This document shows positions 11,285 through 25,201 of a DNA stretch of 64,000 bases, in pieces (position 1 is the first letter of the stretch; every line of letters starts with the position of its first letter). Below the pieces are notes generated by a model that was not told where the DNA came from, searched no databases, and worked only from the letters and a program-made list of their open reading frames with translations. The translations under genes were made by a program, and so were the position numbers. This stretch comes from Eledone cirrhosa (taxonomy: Eukaryota), in NCBI GenBank assembly GCA_964016885.1, contig OZ024740.1, positions 214,582,001 through 214,646,000 of the forward strand, read 5' to 3'.

Positions 11285-11762
11285 ATATGAGAATGGTGCT
11301 CCAGTTACAAATATATGAATGGTGCTCCAGTGATAAATATATGAATGGTGCTCTAGTGACAAATATATGAATGGTGCTCCAGTGATAAATATATGAGAAT
11401 GGTGCTCCAGTGACAAATATATGAATGGTGCTCCAGTGACAACTATGAGAATGGTGCTCCAGTGATAAATATGAGAATGGTGCTCCAGTGATAAATATAT
11501 GAGAATGGTGCTCCAGTGATAAATATGAGAATGGTGCTCCAGTGATAAATATATGAATGGTGCTCCAGTGATAAATATATGAGAATGGTGCTCCAGTGAT
11601 AAATATGAGAATGGTGCTCCAGTGATAAATATATGAATGGTGCTCCAGTGATAAATATATGAGAATGGTGCTCCAGTGACAAATATATGAATGGTGCTCC
11701 AGTGACAACTATGAGAATGGTGCTCCAGTGACAAATATGAGAATGGTGCTCCAGTGATAAAT
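11285..11762. repeat. Minisatellite of 25-27-bp units (GAATGGTGCTCCAGTGATAAATATAT)
   Basis: Direct tandem inspection. Confidence 0.95.
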
Positions 11763-11882
11763 ACCGTCTCCGCGATATTCCATAATTATCAACTTGTGTG
11801 AAAATGTGTGGCCTAGTGGTTTTGTGGTGGAGTAACATGTTGTATCCTTTAGACAAGGCTCATCATTTCACGTTGCTTCAGT

Positions 11883-11913
<31 letters not shown>

Positions 11914-12137
11914 TGTGCAGTGCTGACCATTTTATGGCCTTCAAAATCCAGTGAAAAGGGAGGCGGAATGGAAGGATTAAGGAAGGGACCTTCAAACCAG
12001 AGCCCTGCTCAAAATGCTTGCAACCAAAAGGACTCCGCTAAAGCTACTTAAGGATCAACTACTAGTGTTAAATCAGAATATGTATTAAGTTTCATCCGTT
12101 GAAATCTTGTACTCTCAGTCGCTTAACAATGAAATTG

Positions 12138-12672
12138 GGATGAAATCCGACCAGATGAGCTCTAACCAGATGAAGTCCGACCAGATGAGCTCCAACCAGA
12201 TGAACTCCAACCAGATGAGCTCGGACCAGATGATCCCCGACTAGATGAGTTGTGACCAGATGAGCTCCAACCAGATGAGCTCTGCCTAGATGAGCTCTGA
12301 CCAGATGAGGTCGGACCAGATGAGCTCCGACTAGATGAGTTGTGACCAAATGAGTGACCAGATGAGCTCCGACCAGATAAGCTCCAACCGGATGATCTCT
12401 GACCAGATGAGTTCTGAGCAGATGAGTGACCAGATGATCTTTTATTAGATTACCCCCGACCAGATGAGCTTCAACCAGATAACCTCCTACCAGATGACCT
12501 CCGACCAGATGACCTCCTACCAGATGACCTCCGACCAGATGACCTCCTACCAGATGACCTCCGACCAGATGAGTGACCAGATGAGCTTCAACCAAATGAC
12601 CTCCTACCAGATGAGCTTCAACCAAATGACCTCCTACCAGATGACCTCCGACCCCATGAGCTCTGACCAGTT
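12138..12672. repeat. 15-bp degenerate minisatellite (ACCAGATGAGCTCCG)
   Basis: Direct tandem inspection; explains the HLVGA-repeat ORFs. Confidence 0.9.
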
Positions 12673-13134
12673 GAACTTCAATGTTTGAGTCATCAAAATC
12701 AACAACTTACATTCATCTCCACAGATATTCAACAGAAAGCTATAAGCAGATAATCAAAGGACAATCGTTCTTTATAACATAGATGCTCACATAAGAAATG
12801 TCTAGTTTGTTCTGTTTAGTTGGTTACCTGTATTCTTTTACTATCGCGGCCGATTGCACAGAGTCGTTAGAGTACTGGGTGTTTGTTCTGGGTTCAAACC
12901 CCACCGGGATTCATTTTGCCTTTCAGCTTTTCGGGTTCGATAAAATAAAGTTTCAGCCTAATACTGATACAATCCTTCTTTCTGTCACATCATAGATGTT
13001 TCGTTAAATCAAGGATGTTGTGGCGAGAGATTTCTGTGTCTACTCATGACTGCATGGGCACATAAAACTCCTAAGTGAAAGCATAATATATACTACTAAG
13101 TCATATTCGATTACTAGTGGGGTTATAGATAGAA

Positions 13135-13170
<36 letters not shown>

Positions 13171-13173
<3 letters not shown>

Positions 13174-13453
13174 AAAATGTTCAAGACCCCGACGGCAGAG
13201 CTCAAGTATTGAGTACTCTGGTGCGTTATGGTCCACCTGGTTCCTTACCACACTTCCTTCGTTATATATATATATATATATATATATATAGGAACGAGTA
13301 GGACCCCGACGGCTGAGCTCAAGCCGTTGCGTCGAAACGGCTTCAGCTCAGCCGTCGGGGTCCTACTCGACCCTATTACCCACTCTACTACCCTAAGTAT
13401 TGAGTACTTTGGTGCGTTATGGTCCACCTGGTTCCTTACCACATTTCCTTCGT

Positions 13454-13455
<2 letters not shown>
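13171..13455 (+). mobile_element. Two fold-back copies of family B (3' half of hammerhead plus tail)
   Basis: 13184-13264 and 13291-13455 each begin with an inverted piece of the stem I/III region and end CCTTCGTT(TA)n. Confidence 0.75.
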
Positions 13456-13486
<31 letters not shown>

Positions 13487-13544
13487 ATGTATATGTATGT
13501 ATATATGTGTGTGTGTATGTGTGTGTATGTGTGCATATTGATTC

Positions 13545-13800
13545 CTAACTACTGAGGGAGTCGAAAAGAGCCGGAAGTCACATACGGCGTTCTTGGGCAT
13601 TTTTAAAACTTGGCGGAACAAATCTCCTTTCCAGGTTTCAACACAGCTGATTTCTTCAGAAAAGCAAAGAGAGGAAATGAAAAAGATGAAAAGTAAAACT
13701 GACTTCGCCCGGATTTGAACTCAGAACGCAGAGAGCCTAAAAGAATATTGCAAAGCCTTCTATCCAACAACTCTGCGAATTCACCGCCGTATATAGAAGT
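13545..13800 (-). mobile_element. tRNA-derived SINE, long-tailed subfamily
   Basis: GGATTTGAACTCAG B-box complement; tail homologous to 14880-15175, 38150-38440 and 59275-59575. Confidence 0.6.
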
Positions 13801-14209
13801 AGAATTATCTTCACTAATTATACTCATTAGAGCACCGCTTTCTATAATATAATCGATTATATCGAACACGCTAGCGTATGTTTCATCAACTATATTTCTA
13901 GGATAAAATTACATAAAAATAATTTTTTAAATGAATATTTAGTCAAAAATTTGGCACAAGACCGAGAAAGTTAGAAAATAAAAAGTATTGACGATGGAAG
14001 GCATGAAACAGGGGAAAGAAAGGAAAAAAGGAATCGAAAGAGAGAATGGACAGCTGGTTTCCTGTTTTGGACGGTAACTTATTATTTTATGTTTTACATC
14101 AATTGACAGCAAGAGATTCATGTGTCGTCTTTATGAATCACTGCAAAAGATGAATATTAAGAAATAACTAGAGAGAAGAAAGAGAAGGAGACGGACAGCC
14201 AGACGTAGA

Positions 14210-14274
<65 letters not shown>

Positions 14275-14879
14275 TGTTTGTGTTTGTGCATTTGTCTTTG
14301 TGTGTGTGAGTGTGTGCTTGTGTCTGTGTGTGTGTGTCAGAGAAAGAGAGAGAGTGAGACAGAAAAGTACGAGGGTCGGCTGTAAAATTCATAGGCTTCT
14401 ATTTCTAGCAGGTCAAACCATCACATTGAGCGGGAGTCCTCACAACTGTTGAATATAGTTAGGACACCCAGATGTTAACTGGACAACCAAAGGGATCGAC
14501 TGAAGTTTTGGGGCTAAAATCTGACATTTGTATAAGAAATGAAAATAGATGGCTGAATCGTTAATGTAACAAACAAAATACCTTGCGGTATTGCTATACG
14601 TTCCGAGTTCACTTCCTGGCAGGAATAACTTTGTCTTTCATCCTTCCCAGGGTCGATACACTAATCCTGTAACATATGTGGTAGTATAACTATGTTAGTA
14701 ATCCTTATGTTAACATTAAATCCATGGTATAGATGTTGGTGTGCAGGCGTGGTAATATATGTTAAAATATTACAGTATCATAAAGTATCCCTGAATCTCA
14801 TTAAATGCTCTTTTCATTGATATGCATATTAGACAACCCAGTTAGACACACACACTTACACAACTATGCATGCACAGTC

Positions 14880-15178
14880 CCGTGACTCCCTCGGGAGTCG
14901 TAAGGGCGCCATATTGACATACGGCATTTCTAGATCAATTTTAAAAACTGGTGGAGCTCATCCCTCTCCAGGCCTGAGTACAGCAGATTTCTTTCAGAGA
15001 AAGATACTTAGTGAGAGATTGGAAGTGAGAAAGAGATATAGAGGAAGAATGGACCCCAGTACTTGACTGGTACTTTTTTTATCGACCCTGAAAGGATGAA
15101 AGGCAAAGTTGACGTCGGTGGGATTTGAACTCAGAGAGTAGAGAGCCGGATCGTTCTAACGACCGATTTGCCGTCGTC
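14880..15178 (-). mobile_element. tRNA-derived SINE, long-tailed subfamily
   Basis: TATCGACCCTGAAAGGATGAAAGGCAAAGTTGAC..GGATTTGAACTCAG; matches 38150-38440. Confidence 0.8.
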
Positions 15179-15304
15179 ATACACAACTGTACCTACCACT
15201 TATATAGTACAATTGTGTTTTCTGTATTACAGTATAAATACTGTGGCTGACTCTCAGTCTAATCGGTGCTGCGTATAAGCGTGTCTAGAGTTGTATGTAA
15301 TGTA

Positions 15305-15650
15305 TAAGACTTAGTGGTTAGACTGTTGGACTTGTAATCGTGAAGTTGTCAGTTCAATTGCTAGACTGAGTGTTTCCTTGTATCCTTGATCAAGACACTT
15401 TATTTCACGTTGCTCTAGTTTACTCAGCTGTAGAAATGTGTTGCCACGTCACTGGTGTCAATCTGTATCGGCCATTGCCTTTCCCTTGGACAACATCGGT
15501 GGTGTGGAGAGGGAAGACTGGTATGAATGGGTGACTGCTGGTCTTCCACAAAACAAACCTTGCCAGGGCTTGAGCCTCGGTGGGTGGAACTTTGTAGGTG
15601 TAAATCCCATGGTCATTCGTGACCTAAGGGGATCTTTTACCCACTGCATA
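15305..15650 (+). mobile_element. SINE with conserved central domain (Meta/V-SINE-like)
   Basis: tRNA-like head TAGTGGTTAG...AGTTCAATT followed by CCTTGATCAAGACACTTTATTTCACGTTGCTCTAGTTTACTCAGCTGT; related fragment at 11807-11890. Confidence 0.6.
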
Positions 15651-15679
15651 ACATGCGTTCTTTAATATTGTACGTGTGG

Positions 15680-15895
15680 ATTTGCAGTCTCGGTAGAGAG
15701 CCGGACAACATGATTGGTGCCATTGTTATGCCCCTTTACGATCTGAGTTCAAATCCTGCTGCGGCTAGCTGTGCCTTCCATCCTTATAGGGTCGATGAAA
15801 TAAAGTACCAGTAACGTACTGAGGTCGATTTAATCTACCTTCCTCCTCTCCTCTCCAGATTGTTGGCCTTATTGAATAAATCAGAAAGCAACATT
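15680..15895 (+). mobile_element. tRNA-derived SINE (major family)
   Basis: Matches 10965-11180. Confidence 0.8.
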
Positions 15896-15902
15896 GTAAC
15901 AT

Positions 15903-16060
15903 TGTGTACGTGTATCTGTGTAAAGTTACATGTATGAAGCAAAGTAAACATATTTGTGTACGGGTTTCTGTGTAAAGTTACATGTATGAAGCAAAGTAAA
16001 CATATTTGTGTACGGGTTTCTGTGTAAAGTTACATGTATTCCTATGAAACAAAGTAAAAA
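15903..16060. repeat. 52-bp tandem repeat, about 3 copies
   Basis: TGTGTAAAGTTACATGTAT at 15917, 15969 and 16021. Confidence 0.9.
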
Positions 16061-16764
16061 ATGTTTATCTTAGTATTATAAGTATTATTTATTTCATTAT
16101 CTTTTTATCTAATTAGATTTTTTCTTTTTTCTTTACTGTTTCACAGTTTTATAGACAACCAAAATCATTATCATGCTATTTGAATAATAGAATTAACATT
16201 TTAGAATAACATAATTATTTAATTATTATTTATTTATTTTAGAATAATATGATTATTTAATTATTATTTATTTATTTTAGAATAATATAATAAGATTAGT
16301 TTGATAATGTTATAAAGTTTTTCTCTTTCTAATCTGTTAGATTTTGTTTTGAATGAGATGTCATTTTTCATTAGACGCCATTGTACAAGTATGTGTGTAT
16401 GTTTACATACAAACAATTGATATTTACATAAGCGAGTAGGTAAAATATAGTTGAAAATTAAAATATTAAAAGTTACTTCTCTTCGTACATATATATCATT
16501 TTTCATTTAGTTTTTCCTTTGGGATAGCTGTAGACAGTTCTAGAAGCACGCTAATTTAGAGATTTAATAAAATGCCATTAGCAGAACTTGAGATACCAAT
16601 CATGGAAGACAGAAAAGGCATTCTAAAAGCCATAACTATATCTATACTCTGCATACATAAATATTATCCCGATCTAAGCTTCAGCACATAGTCATGCGGT
16701 GATTTGGTAGGGTGGTTAAGTCGGTAAATTAAATACCTCGGTTCGACATTCCGGCAAGGTTTTT

Positions 16765-17350
16765 AAATTGATAATACCATTCTCAGAACATGGACAGTGC
16801 CAATCAGCACTATTTTCTGTATCTCTTGCAGTGATGGCTTTCCAGGTATCTGGTCCAAATATTTTTCAGTTCCCTTTTTTTACCATTCTAAGTGCACCAG
16901 TTATCACTGGTATTGTACAGGCGTTAAGATGCCATATTTTCTCAATTTCAATTGATAGATCTTTATATTTACTCAGCTTTCGCAATTCTTCCAAGGAGTT
17001 ATTACAATCTGATGGAATGCAATTGTTTATTAAAAAAAACATGTTTTCTCTTTATGGTCCTTCACAATTATATCAGATCTGTTCGGTCAGTGTTCACAGG
17101 GAAATCTGATAGGATTGTCACATTGTTGCCTCTTGTTACTGTATCTGGGTGATGGTTGTATTATTTTCCCTCCGTTTTCAGACCATAAAATCTGCACATT
17201 ATCCAGTGTAAGTATTGCTCTACTCTATCTTGCCTCGTTTTATATTCATGGGGAGCTAATACTTTGCAGTCTGAAACCAGGTGGTCAATGGTCTCAATCT
17301 GTTTATCACAGAATCGACATTTTGGGTCAATTCATTTCTGATCACATGAC
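16765..17350 (-). mobile_element. R4/Dong-like retrotransposon 3' fragment, decayed
   Basis: Minus translation gives KYKDLSIEIEKIWHLNACTIPVITGALRMV and IPGKPSLQEIQKIVLIGTVHVLR, homologous to the element at 21787-24857. Confidence 0.75.
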
Positions 17351-17357
17351 TGTTATT

Positions 17358-17556
17358 ATTGGTAGTATCGGTAGAGCGTCAGACACCATACTTTGCATTA
17401 TAGAGTTACGGCCCTTTACGGTCTGAGTTCAAATCTCGCCGAGGTTAGCTTTGCCTTTCATCCTTATGGGCTCGATAAAATAAAGTACCAGGGGTCGATT
17501 TAATCGACTTTCCCCACCCCCAAAATTGCTGACCTTGTGCCTATATAAGAAACCAT
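17358..17556 (+). mobile_element. tRNA-derived SINE (major family)
   Basis: Matches 10965-11180. Confidence 0.8.
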
Positions 17557-17594
17557 TTTGTGTATTTTAAAAAACTACAAAGAAAAAAAAAATA

Positions 17595-20500
17595 CATGGC
17601 TGAGCCACGGTAAGTGGCTGTCGTGTGACAGCGGCTTACACGTTGAGAGGAGGGATACGGCGAACACAAAAATTTATGCCACAAACACACCACAAACAAC
17701 ATGAACAACAACAGCCACAGTGAGAACACTAATTTTTTAAAAAATGACAACACCAGCCACAGCAGTAACAGAGAAAACTAAAAGACAGACACCAGAGACA
17801 ATGACAACAAAAACAACGAAACAACAGCAGCCAAAAAGAGGCCATGCTTCAGCATGGACCTCACGAATAAAGATGAAAAGTTGGCCCAGGCCTGGAAACT
17901 CATCAAGCAAGAGCAAACCTGGGCCAACTTTACTGTCCAGGTAGAAACCATTGAAGCAGTGGAGCGTAGAACGGTGCATTTCAGATGCATCTCAGCAGAA
18001 ACAACGAGGGCGGCTTTAATTGCCCAGGCAGATATTGAAGCTGCGCTGAGGTGCATCAGGGATGACACCGAGTACATAGCGAGGGTAAGACAATACGGCA
18101 CCATTTCGGTGTTAAGTCAGAAGCCCTCTCTATAAAAGATGCAATGACCTCTTACAAAACCAGCAAGATCCATTATGTACCCCTCCCACATAGGAAAACG
18201 AACGGCTCGTGTCCGCATTGCCAGGATTCCACCAGGACTTGACATGTGGTGCTCTTGGGATGCGTGATTGTAGAGGGGACATATACCCTCCCTATAGAGG
18301 TTACAAGGACTGCCAGGGAGGACTGGTCCGGGGTTGACCTGGAGATACTTCTCCAGATCAGGCCCGAAAATGTAAAAACAATCCCGGACCACATCCGTCT
18401 TCAGAACGGGACGATGATACATATAATGACTGAGGGCAAAAGGCCGCATTGTTTCGTTTGCGGAGAAACAACCTACTTGCGAGCCTTCTGCTCTCAACTG
18501 CTGAAAAGTGCAAGGGTGCGAAGGCCTCCACTGTTGCCGACAACATCAACACCGCCAACAGTATCACCATCCACCAGAATCCTCCAAACTCAAACAACCT
18601 AAACAGACAAAAGAACAAATACACACACAAACAACTGAAACCGCAGACACCGCACTCACAACACCAACAAAACCATCACCACCACAGTCACGTAAACAAA
18701 CAAAACCGTACCAAAAAAACATACAAAACTTTGTGTTTGTCAGAAGGGCCAACAGGGAATTGATGGCACTCGTAGCAAGAAGTAAAGAAGGGGGGGGGGG
18801 GGGGAATCGAGCACATTTCGCGTGCCACAGGATTTGTTTCTGGTGTGAATGTCGCTCGATTCCTACAAAGGAATTCGAAAGGTTTCCTCTGAACGTAAAA
18901 GCCATATCGAGAATTTTTAAGGGGTTCCCAAAAGAAACCCTACCAACTATGGAGGTCGAACCACCCGACCTTTAGAAGACCCCGGGAGGTAAGTAAATTT
19001 TCCTTTCTCTTTTAGCCTGCCAACATGGCCATATTAAGAGTAGAGAGTTTAAATGTTCGAGGCCTGGGGTCACCCTGGAAGCAGGATCGCCTGCTCAACG
19101 ACCTGGTTACTGGAAGCTGAACATGTTTCCGGCCACGTAAGGCTTACAGGAACCGAGTCAACAATTTAGTTAAGCAAACGTTGACATGGATGTCGTCAAG
19201 AACTGATAGTGGCGGGGTCTAAAAGAGAAATTAGAGTAATTTCGATAGGGTTTAGCAAAGAAGTAGCGTTAGAGAAAAATGGAAAGGAGGGGGAGCTGGT
19301 AGATACGTTAGTCGAGGCTATTTGTAGTGGCATTGCAACTGACATGCTAGCAGCGAGAATGGCATTAGACCATTACTTCAATGCGAAACACGAAGGTTGC
19401 ATTGTCAGAGCTAAGATGCGTGGTCTGAGAAATGAGAGAACCAAAGCCGTTTGATGGGTTCACGTCGCAGCGGCGCAGTGTGGTAATAAAACCACAATTC
19501 GGTTCCAGGCAGATGTGTGAGGCCTTTCACCAACACTTTGCTCAGTTTTTCGGGGAGAGTGGTGAGTTACAGATAATAGCGGACTTCAGTCCCTACCTCG
19601 ACGGCTTGCTGCGCCTCTCGGTGGCTAAAACTGAGCGCTGCTAAAGGACGATAACTTCAGCCGAAATTCAGGATGCCTTTGTCGGTTGCACGATGCGCAG
19701 CCGGTTTGGTTGGTGTGCCGTGCGAGCTTTACGTAAATATGCCGGACTTCTCCGATCTCCTCGAAGCGCTCTATTGCAACTGGCATCAGAACGGGAGTAT
19801 TCCCAGTTCTGTGAGCCGGGGCATAGTGACGCTGTTAAGGAAAGACGAGAACAAGAGGGACACATTAGATAACTTCAGGCCCATAACCCTTCTCAACACA
19901 AAGTTTAAGATTTTGGCCAAGGTGTTAGCGAAGAGGTTGGCGCTTGTCGAGGATTTGGTTGGGGAGTCGCACACTTGCACAATCCCAACCAGGTCTATAA
20001 ACAATCACCTCCACATCATGCGATACATCATTGAGAATATAGGGTGTAAACCTGGCTGCGGTGGGGCTTTGATCAATTTAGCAATCGAAAGAATTCTATA
20101 GCGTAGACCATCGGTTCCTGGGGGCTATCCTCAAAGCAGCTGGCTTCGACGCCGTCTTTAGAAGCTGGATCGCTGTTATGCACAGTGGCATCTGTTCGGT
20201 GGTAAAAGTTAATGGCCATCTCTCGGAACCATTACAGATATCCCGATCGGTCTGTCAAGGGCGCGATCTCTCCTCCCTTCTGTACGCATTGACTCTCTAG
20301 CCTTTACAGCGGAAGCTGGACATGTTGCAAGGCCTGCCGCTCGAATCGGGACACGGAAGGGCTGTGTCAGCTTATGCGGACGAAATCACCGTGATGGTGT
20401 CGGACACCTCGGAAATCGAGATGGTCTGCACCTTATTGAAGGAATATGAAAGGTTTACAAGAGCGAAACTTAACCCTGAAAAGTCGCTGGGCCTGCAGCT

Positions 20501-21553
20501 CGGCACCTGGAGAGTCAAGTCCATGCCGTCCAACAGTGACGTCGGGCGCTGGACGGACGACCCGGTAAAGTTGCTCGGGGTTTGGTTCGGACCAGACCTC
20601 CAAGTGCGCTGCGGGAAGCTTTCCCAGAAAAGTCGGGTGGAGGTGGCGAAGGCTTACATCGCGTCCGTCGTGTACAACCACATGACCATCTTGCCTTGCC
20701 CCCGTCAAATTGGAGCGGCTCCTCTTCAACTTCTTGTAGAGGGGACAGGTTCCTTTGGTGAGGCGGTCCATCTGCTGCCAGCACCCTCTACGCGGAGAGC
20801 TGTGCATGCCGTGGCTAATGATGCACAAACATGCGCTGAGGCTGCGGCATCTCCAGATATTCTGCCCAAACGGTGAACAGGTGTGGTCGCCTTTTGTCAG
20901 ATAGGCCTTTCCGCAGCTCGTCTCTTTGACTGAGCTGCAGTCATGGACGAAGGAGAGACCGAGACTGTGTGTTGGCATCTGGAATGATCTCAGACGCTCA
21001 CTGCCCTCGACCAGGCAGCAATGCGGCCAGTGGGACTTCCACTCAAGAGTTCTATAGAAGATTAGTGGTGGGCAAGTGTGATGACATAGTGAAGATTGCC
21101 CCGCCTCCTTCTTTTGTCCGGAAAGAGTAGGCAGTTTTCCTGTTCAGACAAGCCCTCCTCAACTTTTTCAAGTGCCACTTGGAAAGGTAGATAAGGGTGG
21201 AGAGAGAAATGCTGCCCTCCAGATAATTTTTTCAAAGGTGGGTGATTGCTGCGAGAATGCTCGTGTGAATGGACCCACTCTGATCATGCGCCTGTAGGCT
21301 GGAAGGATGGAGGGAGAGAGGGGCAACCACCTTGGGTGCTCTTGGAGATGAGGGTGGATTGGAGTTTGTGGGGCTCCTAACTTCATCCATGGGTAGTACG
21401 CCCCCTCCCCCCCCCCCATTGGGAAATTCTATTGTTGATATTCTTTGTTAATTGTTTTTGATTATAATTTTTACTCGATTATATCTAACACCCCACTGTC
21501 CCCTGCCGTTGTATTGTCCTCTATGTTCGGCCCTTGTGGCCAATAATAAACAA
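17595..21553 (+). mobile_element. Tx1/L1-clade LINE, decayed, with internal deletions
   Basis: ORF1 remnant with CCHC knuckle (CFVCGETTYLRAFC). ORF2 starts at 19025 (MAILRVESLNVRGLG). RT motifs NFRPITLLNTKFKILAKVLAKRL and SAYADEIT. Most of the APE domain is deleted relative to the 25-kb copy; (ATT)n tail. Confidence 0.9.
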
Positions 21554-21581
21554 ATTATTATTACTATTATTATTATTATTG

Positions 21582-21768
21582 GTGGATTGGTAGTAATGGT
21601 AGAGCGTCGGACAAAATGTTTTGCAGCAAAGAGTTACGACCCTTTCTGATCTGAGTTCAAATCCCACCGAGGTTAACTTTGCCTTTCATCCTTACGGGGT
21701 CAATAAAATAAAGTACCAGTATTATACAGGGATAATTGATAGCCTTGTGCCAAAAGTACAAACAATTA
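21582..21768 (+). mobile_element. tRNA-derived SINE (major family) between (ATT)n tracts
   Basis: Matches 10965-11180. Confidence 0.85.
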
Positions 21769-21786
21769 TTATTATTATTATTATTA

Positions 21787-24700
21787 CAGTTGCATTTATC
21801 TTGCTTTATGTTCATACGAGTTATCACCAAGTCACAACCAGTGACCTCAAGAGACAACAAGGTCTGCCATGTTCAAGAAAGAACATACATACACACACAT
21901 GCATCTTTAGGTGTTTAGACTTGTGATGTACTTATATTGACAGAATCTTCCTTAGTATATGGGCAGTTCCCATTAGTACTATCTTTTGTATTTCTCCTAT
22001 ATGCGGGTTTCCTGGAATTTGTGATAAGTGATCATTAGCCCCCTTGGGTATCATTCCCAGAGCGCCTACAACCACTGGTATTGTTTTAGTTCTCAATTTC
22101 CACATTTTTCCAATTTCTATCTCCAGGTCCTTATACTTGCTCAATTTTTCAAATGTTTTTATAGATACATTCTTGTCTATTGGAACGGACATATCAATTA
22201 GCAGGCATACCCTCTTTTTAAAGTCCTTCAGTATTATATCAGGTCTATTTGCATCTATTTTTCGGTCTGTTTGGATGCTAAAGTTCCACAAGATTGAGAT
22301 GTGATCTTTTTCAAGTACGGGAGGTGGTTGATGCTCCCACCAATTCTTTTGATGGGGCAGGTCAAAATGCTTACACATTATCCAATATATGTATTGTGCA
22401 GCTCTGTCGTGCCTGTTTAGGTATTTGGTTGGAGCTATAGGACTGCACATTGAAATTATATGATCAATGGTTTATCGTTGTTTTTTACATACACGGCATA
22501 ATAGGTTGCTTCCATTTTTTATTATGTTGGCTTGGTAATTTTTTGTTGGCAGACACTGATCTTGTGCTGATATAATTAGTCCTTCAGTCTCCGATTTCAG
22601 TCCAGAGGATGCCAACCACTGATGGGTTAAAGTTTTGTCAACATCAGGATTGTTAGCTCATTCTGGGTATTTTCCATACAGAGGCTTTTCTTGCCATTTC
22701 TTAGCCAGTTTCCGTAGCAGTTCTTTCTTTGCAGTTACTTTTACCTGTCTTGCTTTTTCTGTGTTTTTCATTTCACCAGTAAATGGAACTTCTGAAATTT
22801 GTAGTCCATTACTGTATCTTTGTGCATCTTTTGTAATGGAATATGATCTTTTGATGCTTTCGTGTTTCAAAATGAGTTTGATCATCCGATCATGTGATTC
22901 CCTTAGATATGTAGATAATCCAATTGTTGCAGTTTTCAACGCAATATCTAACTGAATTAACCCACATCCTTCTTCTTTCCGAGGTAGATATATTCTATCT
23001 GTATCTGCCTGTATCTGTATCTGTGGTATGGCAAGCGTGTTTATGGCATCGATCCTATTCCTTGCATTCAATTCCGTTCTTAAGATTGCTCTTACTCTGC
23101 GGTAACATTCCTTCCTTATCCTTTTCCTCATTGTCGAGTGCTTGATTCCGTCTCCTTCACAAACACCTAGATATTTGTAAGTTTTCTCTTGATCAAGTTC
23201 TCTTATCACATTCGCCCGATCAAGATTAATGTCTGACCTTTTCAGCAGCTTTCCTCTGGTGAAAGTTGCTTTGGCGCATTTATCTAGTCCAAACTCCATT
23301 TTAATGCCATCACTGAACTGCTTCACAGTGGATAATAGCCCTTGCAATTGTTCATCATTTTTTGCAAATAGTTTCAGGTCATCCATGTAGAACAAGTGAT
23401 TAATTGTTTTGTCATAGACTTTATATCCATGTTTTGTTTCATTGAGCATTTTACTTATTGGTATAAGTGCGATGCAGAATAAAAGCGGTGATAAAGAGAC
23501 ACCCTGAAAAATTCCACAATTAATATTAACTTCTCTAGCTTCCAGTGATTTTTTTCACTATTCAAAAGGAGTGTCGTTTTCCATGTCTTCATACTGAATG
23601 ACAGGAACCTCCTGACAACGGGAGATATTTTGAAAATCTCTAAACATTTTTCAATCCAACTGTGCGGCAAACTATCAAATGCTTTTTTGTAATCTATCCA
23701 AGTAATTGATAGATTTTTGTCTATTATGACAATCTTCCAGTATCATTTTGTTAAACAAAAGCTGATCTTTACAGCCATATGAGCCTCATTTACACACTTT
23801 CTGCTCATTGGGAAATAGATCATTTGTTATCAGGTGATCATATGTATATTCAGTTAGGACTTATGTTAAAATGTTATACATTGTGGTCAAGCAAGTTATC
23901 GGTCTGTCATTTTTGGGATTGTTTGTCTCATCATTCTTCGGAAGTAGAAATGTAATGCCGTTAACTAGCCATGATGTTATCTTTTCTGGCTCCTTAACTA
24001 TTTCATTGTAAAGTTGGACTAACAGCTCATGAGACTCTGTGATGGCATTTATCCAAAAATTTAGTATTTTGTCTTTTCCTGTTTTTTCTAAGAGCCAAGC
24101 ACAACTGTTCAACTGTTATATTTTCCCATGTTTATTCCTCAAGGTGAGCTGTATCTTTGTCTGTCTATCCATGGGGCATGTAAATTATGAACTTTTTCTT
24201 CGGCCCAGATCTTTTCCCAGAATTCTTGCACTTCCTCCTTGGTTAGTATTGATTTAGCAGTTATTGTTGACTTGCCAATTTTTCTGTAGAAGTTTCTTTG
24301 GTTGTTTTTGAACATATTATTGTCCTTATAGAATCTAGATCGTTTTTCAAAGCGTCTTATACGAGCAGCTTTGGCCGACACTTTTTGCTTGATTGTTTCT
24401 ATCAGCATGTATATATCACTTGTTGATTTTATACTGTATTTTCTTTTCAATTTACTAAGTTTAGTTTGTTTAACATGTTCGCATACTTTGTAGTTTGTTA
24501 AAATTTCTATGTCAGATCGGAGAAGGTTTATCTGGCGATTGATGTTCTCTTGCCAAGTAGGTTTTTTTGTGGGAATTCCTTTGTTTTTTTTCATTTTCAC
24601 TCCACATAAGTGAGTGGTGACTTTAGCCGATACATAGTAGAGATGATTAATTTATTTGTGATGATAAGGTTTTTGAGAGTTATGTTAGCCTTGTGTATTA

Positions 24701-24857
24701 TCCTTTGGTTTTGTTTGGAGTTCTGGATCTTAGGGAGAGTGTCTCGTTCCCCCATGTCAGATTCTTCCATTTTCATCCATTCGATCATAATTTCATTCTT
24801 CAAGTCGGCGAGTTCATTCTCATTCATTTCTTTATCATTGACGATCTCATTGTTTTC
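21787..24857 (-). mobile_element. R4/Dong-clade non-LTR retrotransposon (RT plus RLE), frameshifted
   Basis: RPITCLTTMYNIL, HLFYMDDLKLFAK, YKYLG, YLNRHDRAA, ANRPDIIL..LIDMSVP, KLSKYKDL; 3' end abuts (TAA)n on the minus strand. Confidence 0.9.
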
Positions 24858-24888
<31 letters not shown>

Positions 24889-24920
24889 TTCTTCTTCTTC
24901 TTCTTCTTCTTCTTCTTCGT

Positions 24921-25001
<81 letters not shown>
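24857..25001. repeat. Compound microsatellite (TTC)n(ATC)n(ATT)n
   Basis: Direct inspection. Confidence 0.95.
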
Positions 25002-25201
25002 GGCGACCTACGTAGTAAATCGTATCATCGTGAGCTCCGCAAAGGTTTGTTATTTTCAGTTATTTAAAATTGCCATTTATGGAAAATTTTTATTGTTAAC
25101 TATATATAAGTGCACATACATTGATTTCTGAAAAGGACACTTGAGCCCAAAATTTAAACTTTTTATAATTATCAAACAAAAATTTTTTTCTTTGAAAAAT
25201 A

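Noticed and set aside
11285-11762. CRISPR-like regular repeat
   Set aside because: No unique spacers, eukaryotic context and no cas genes.
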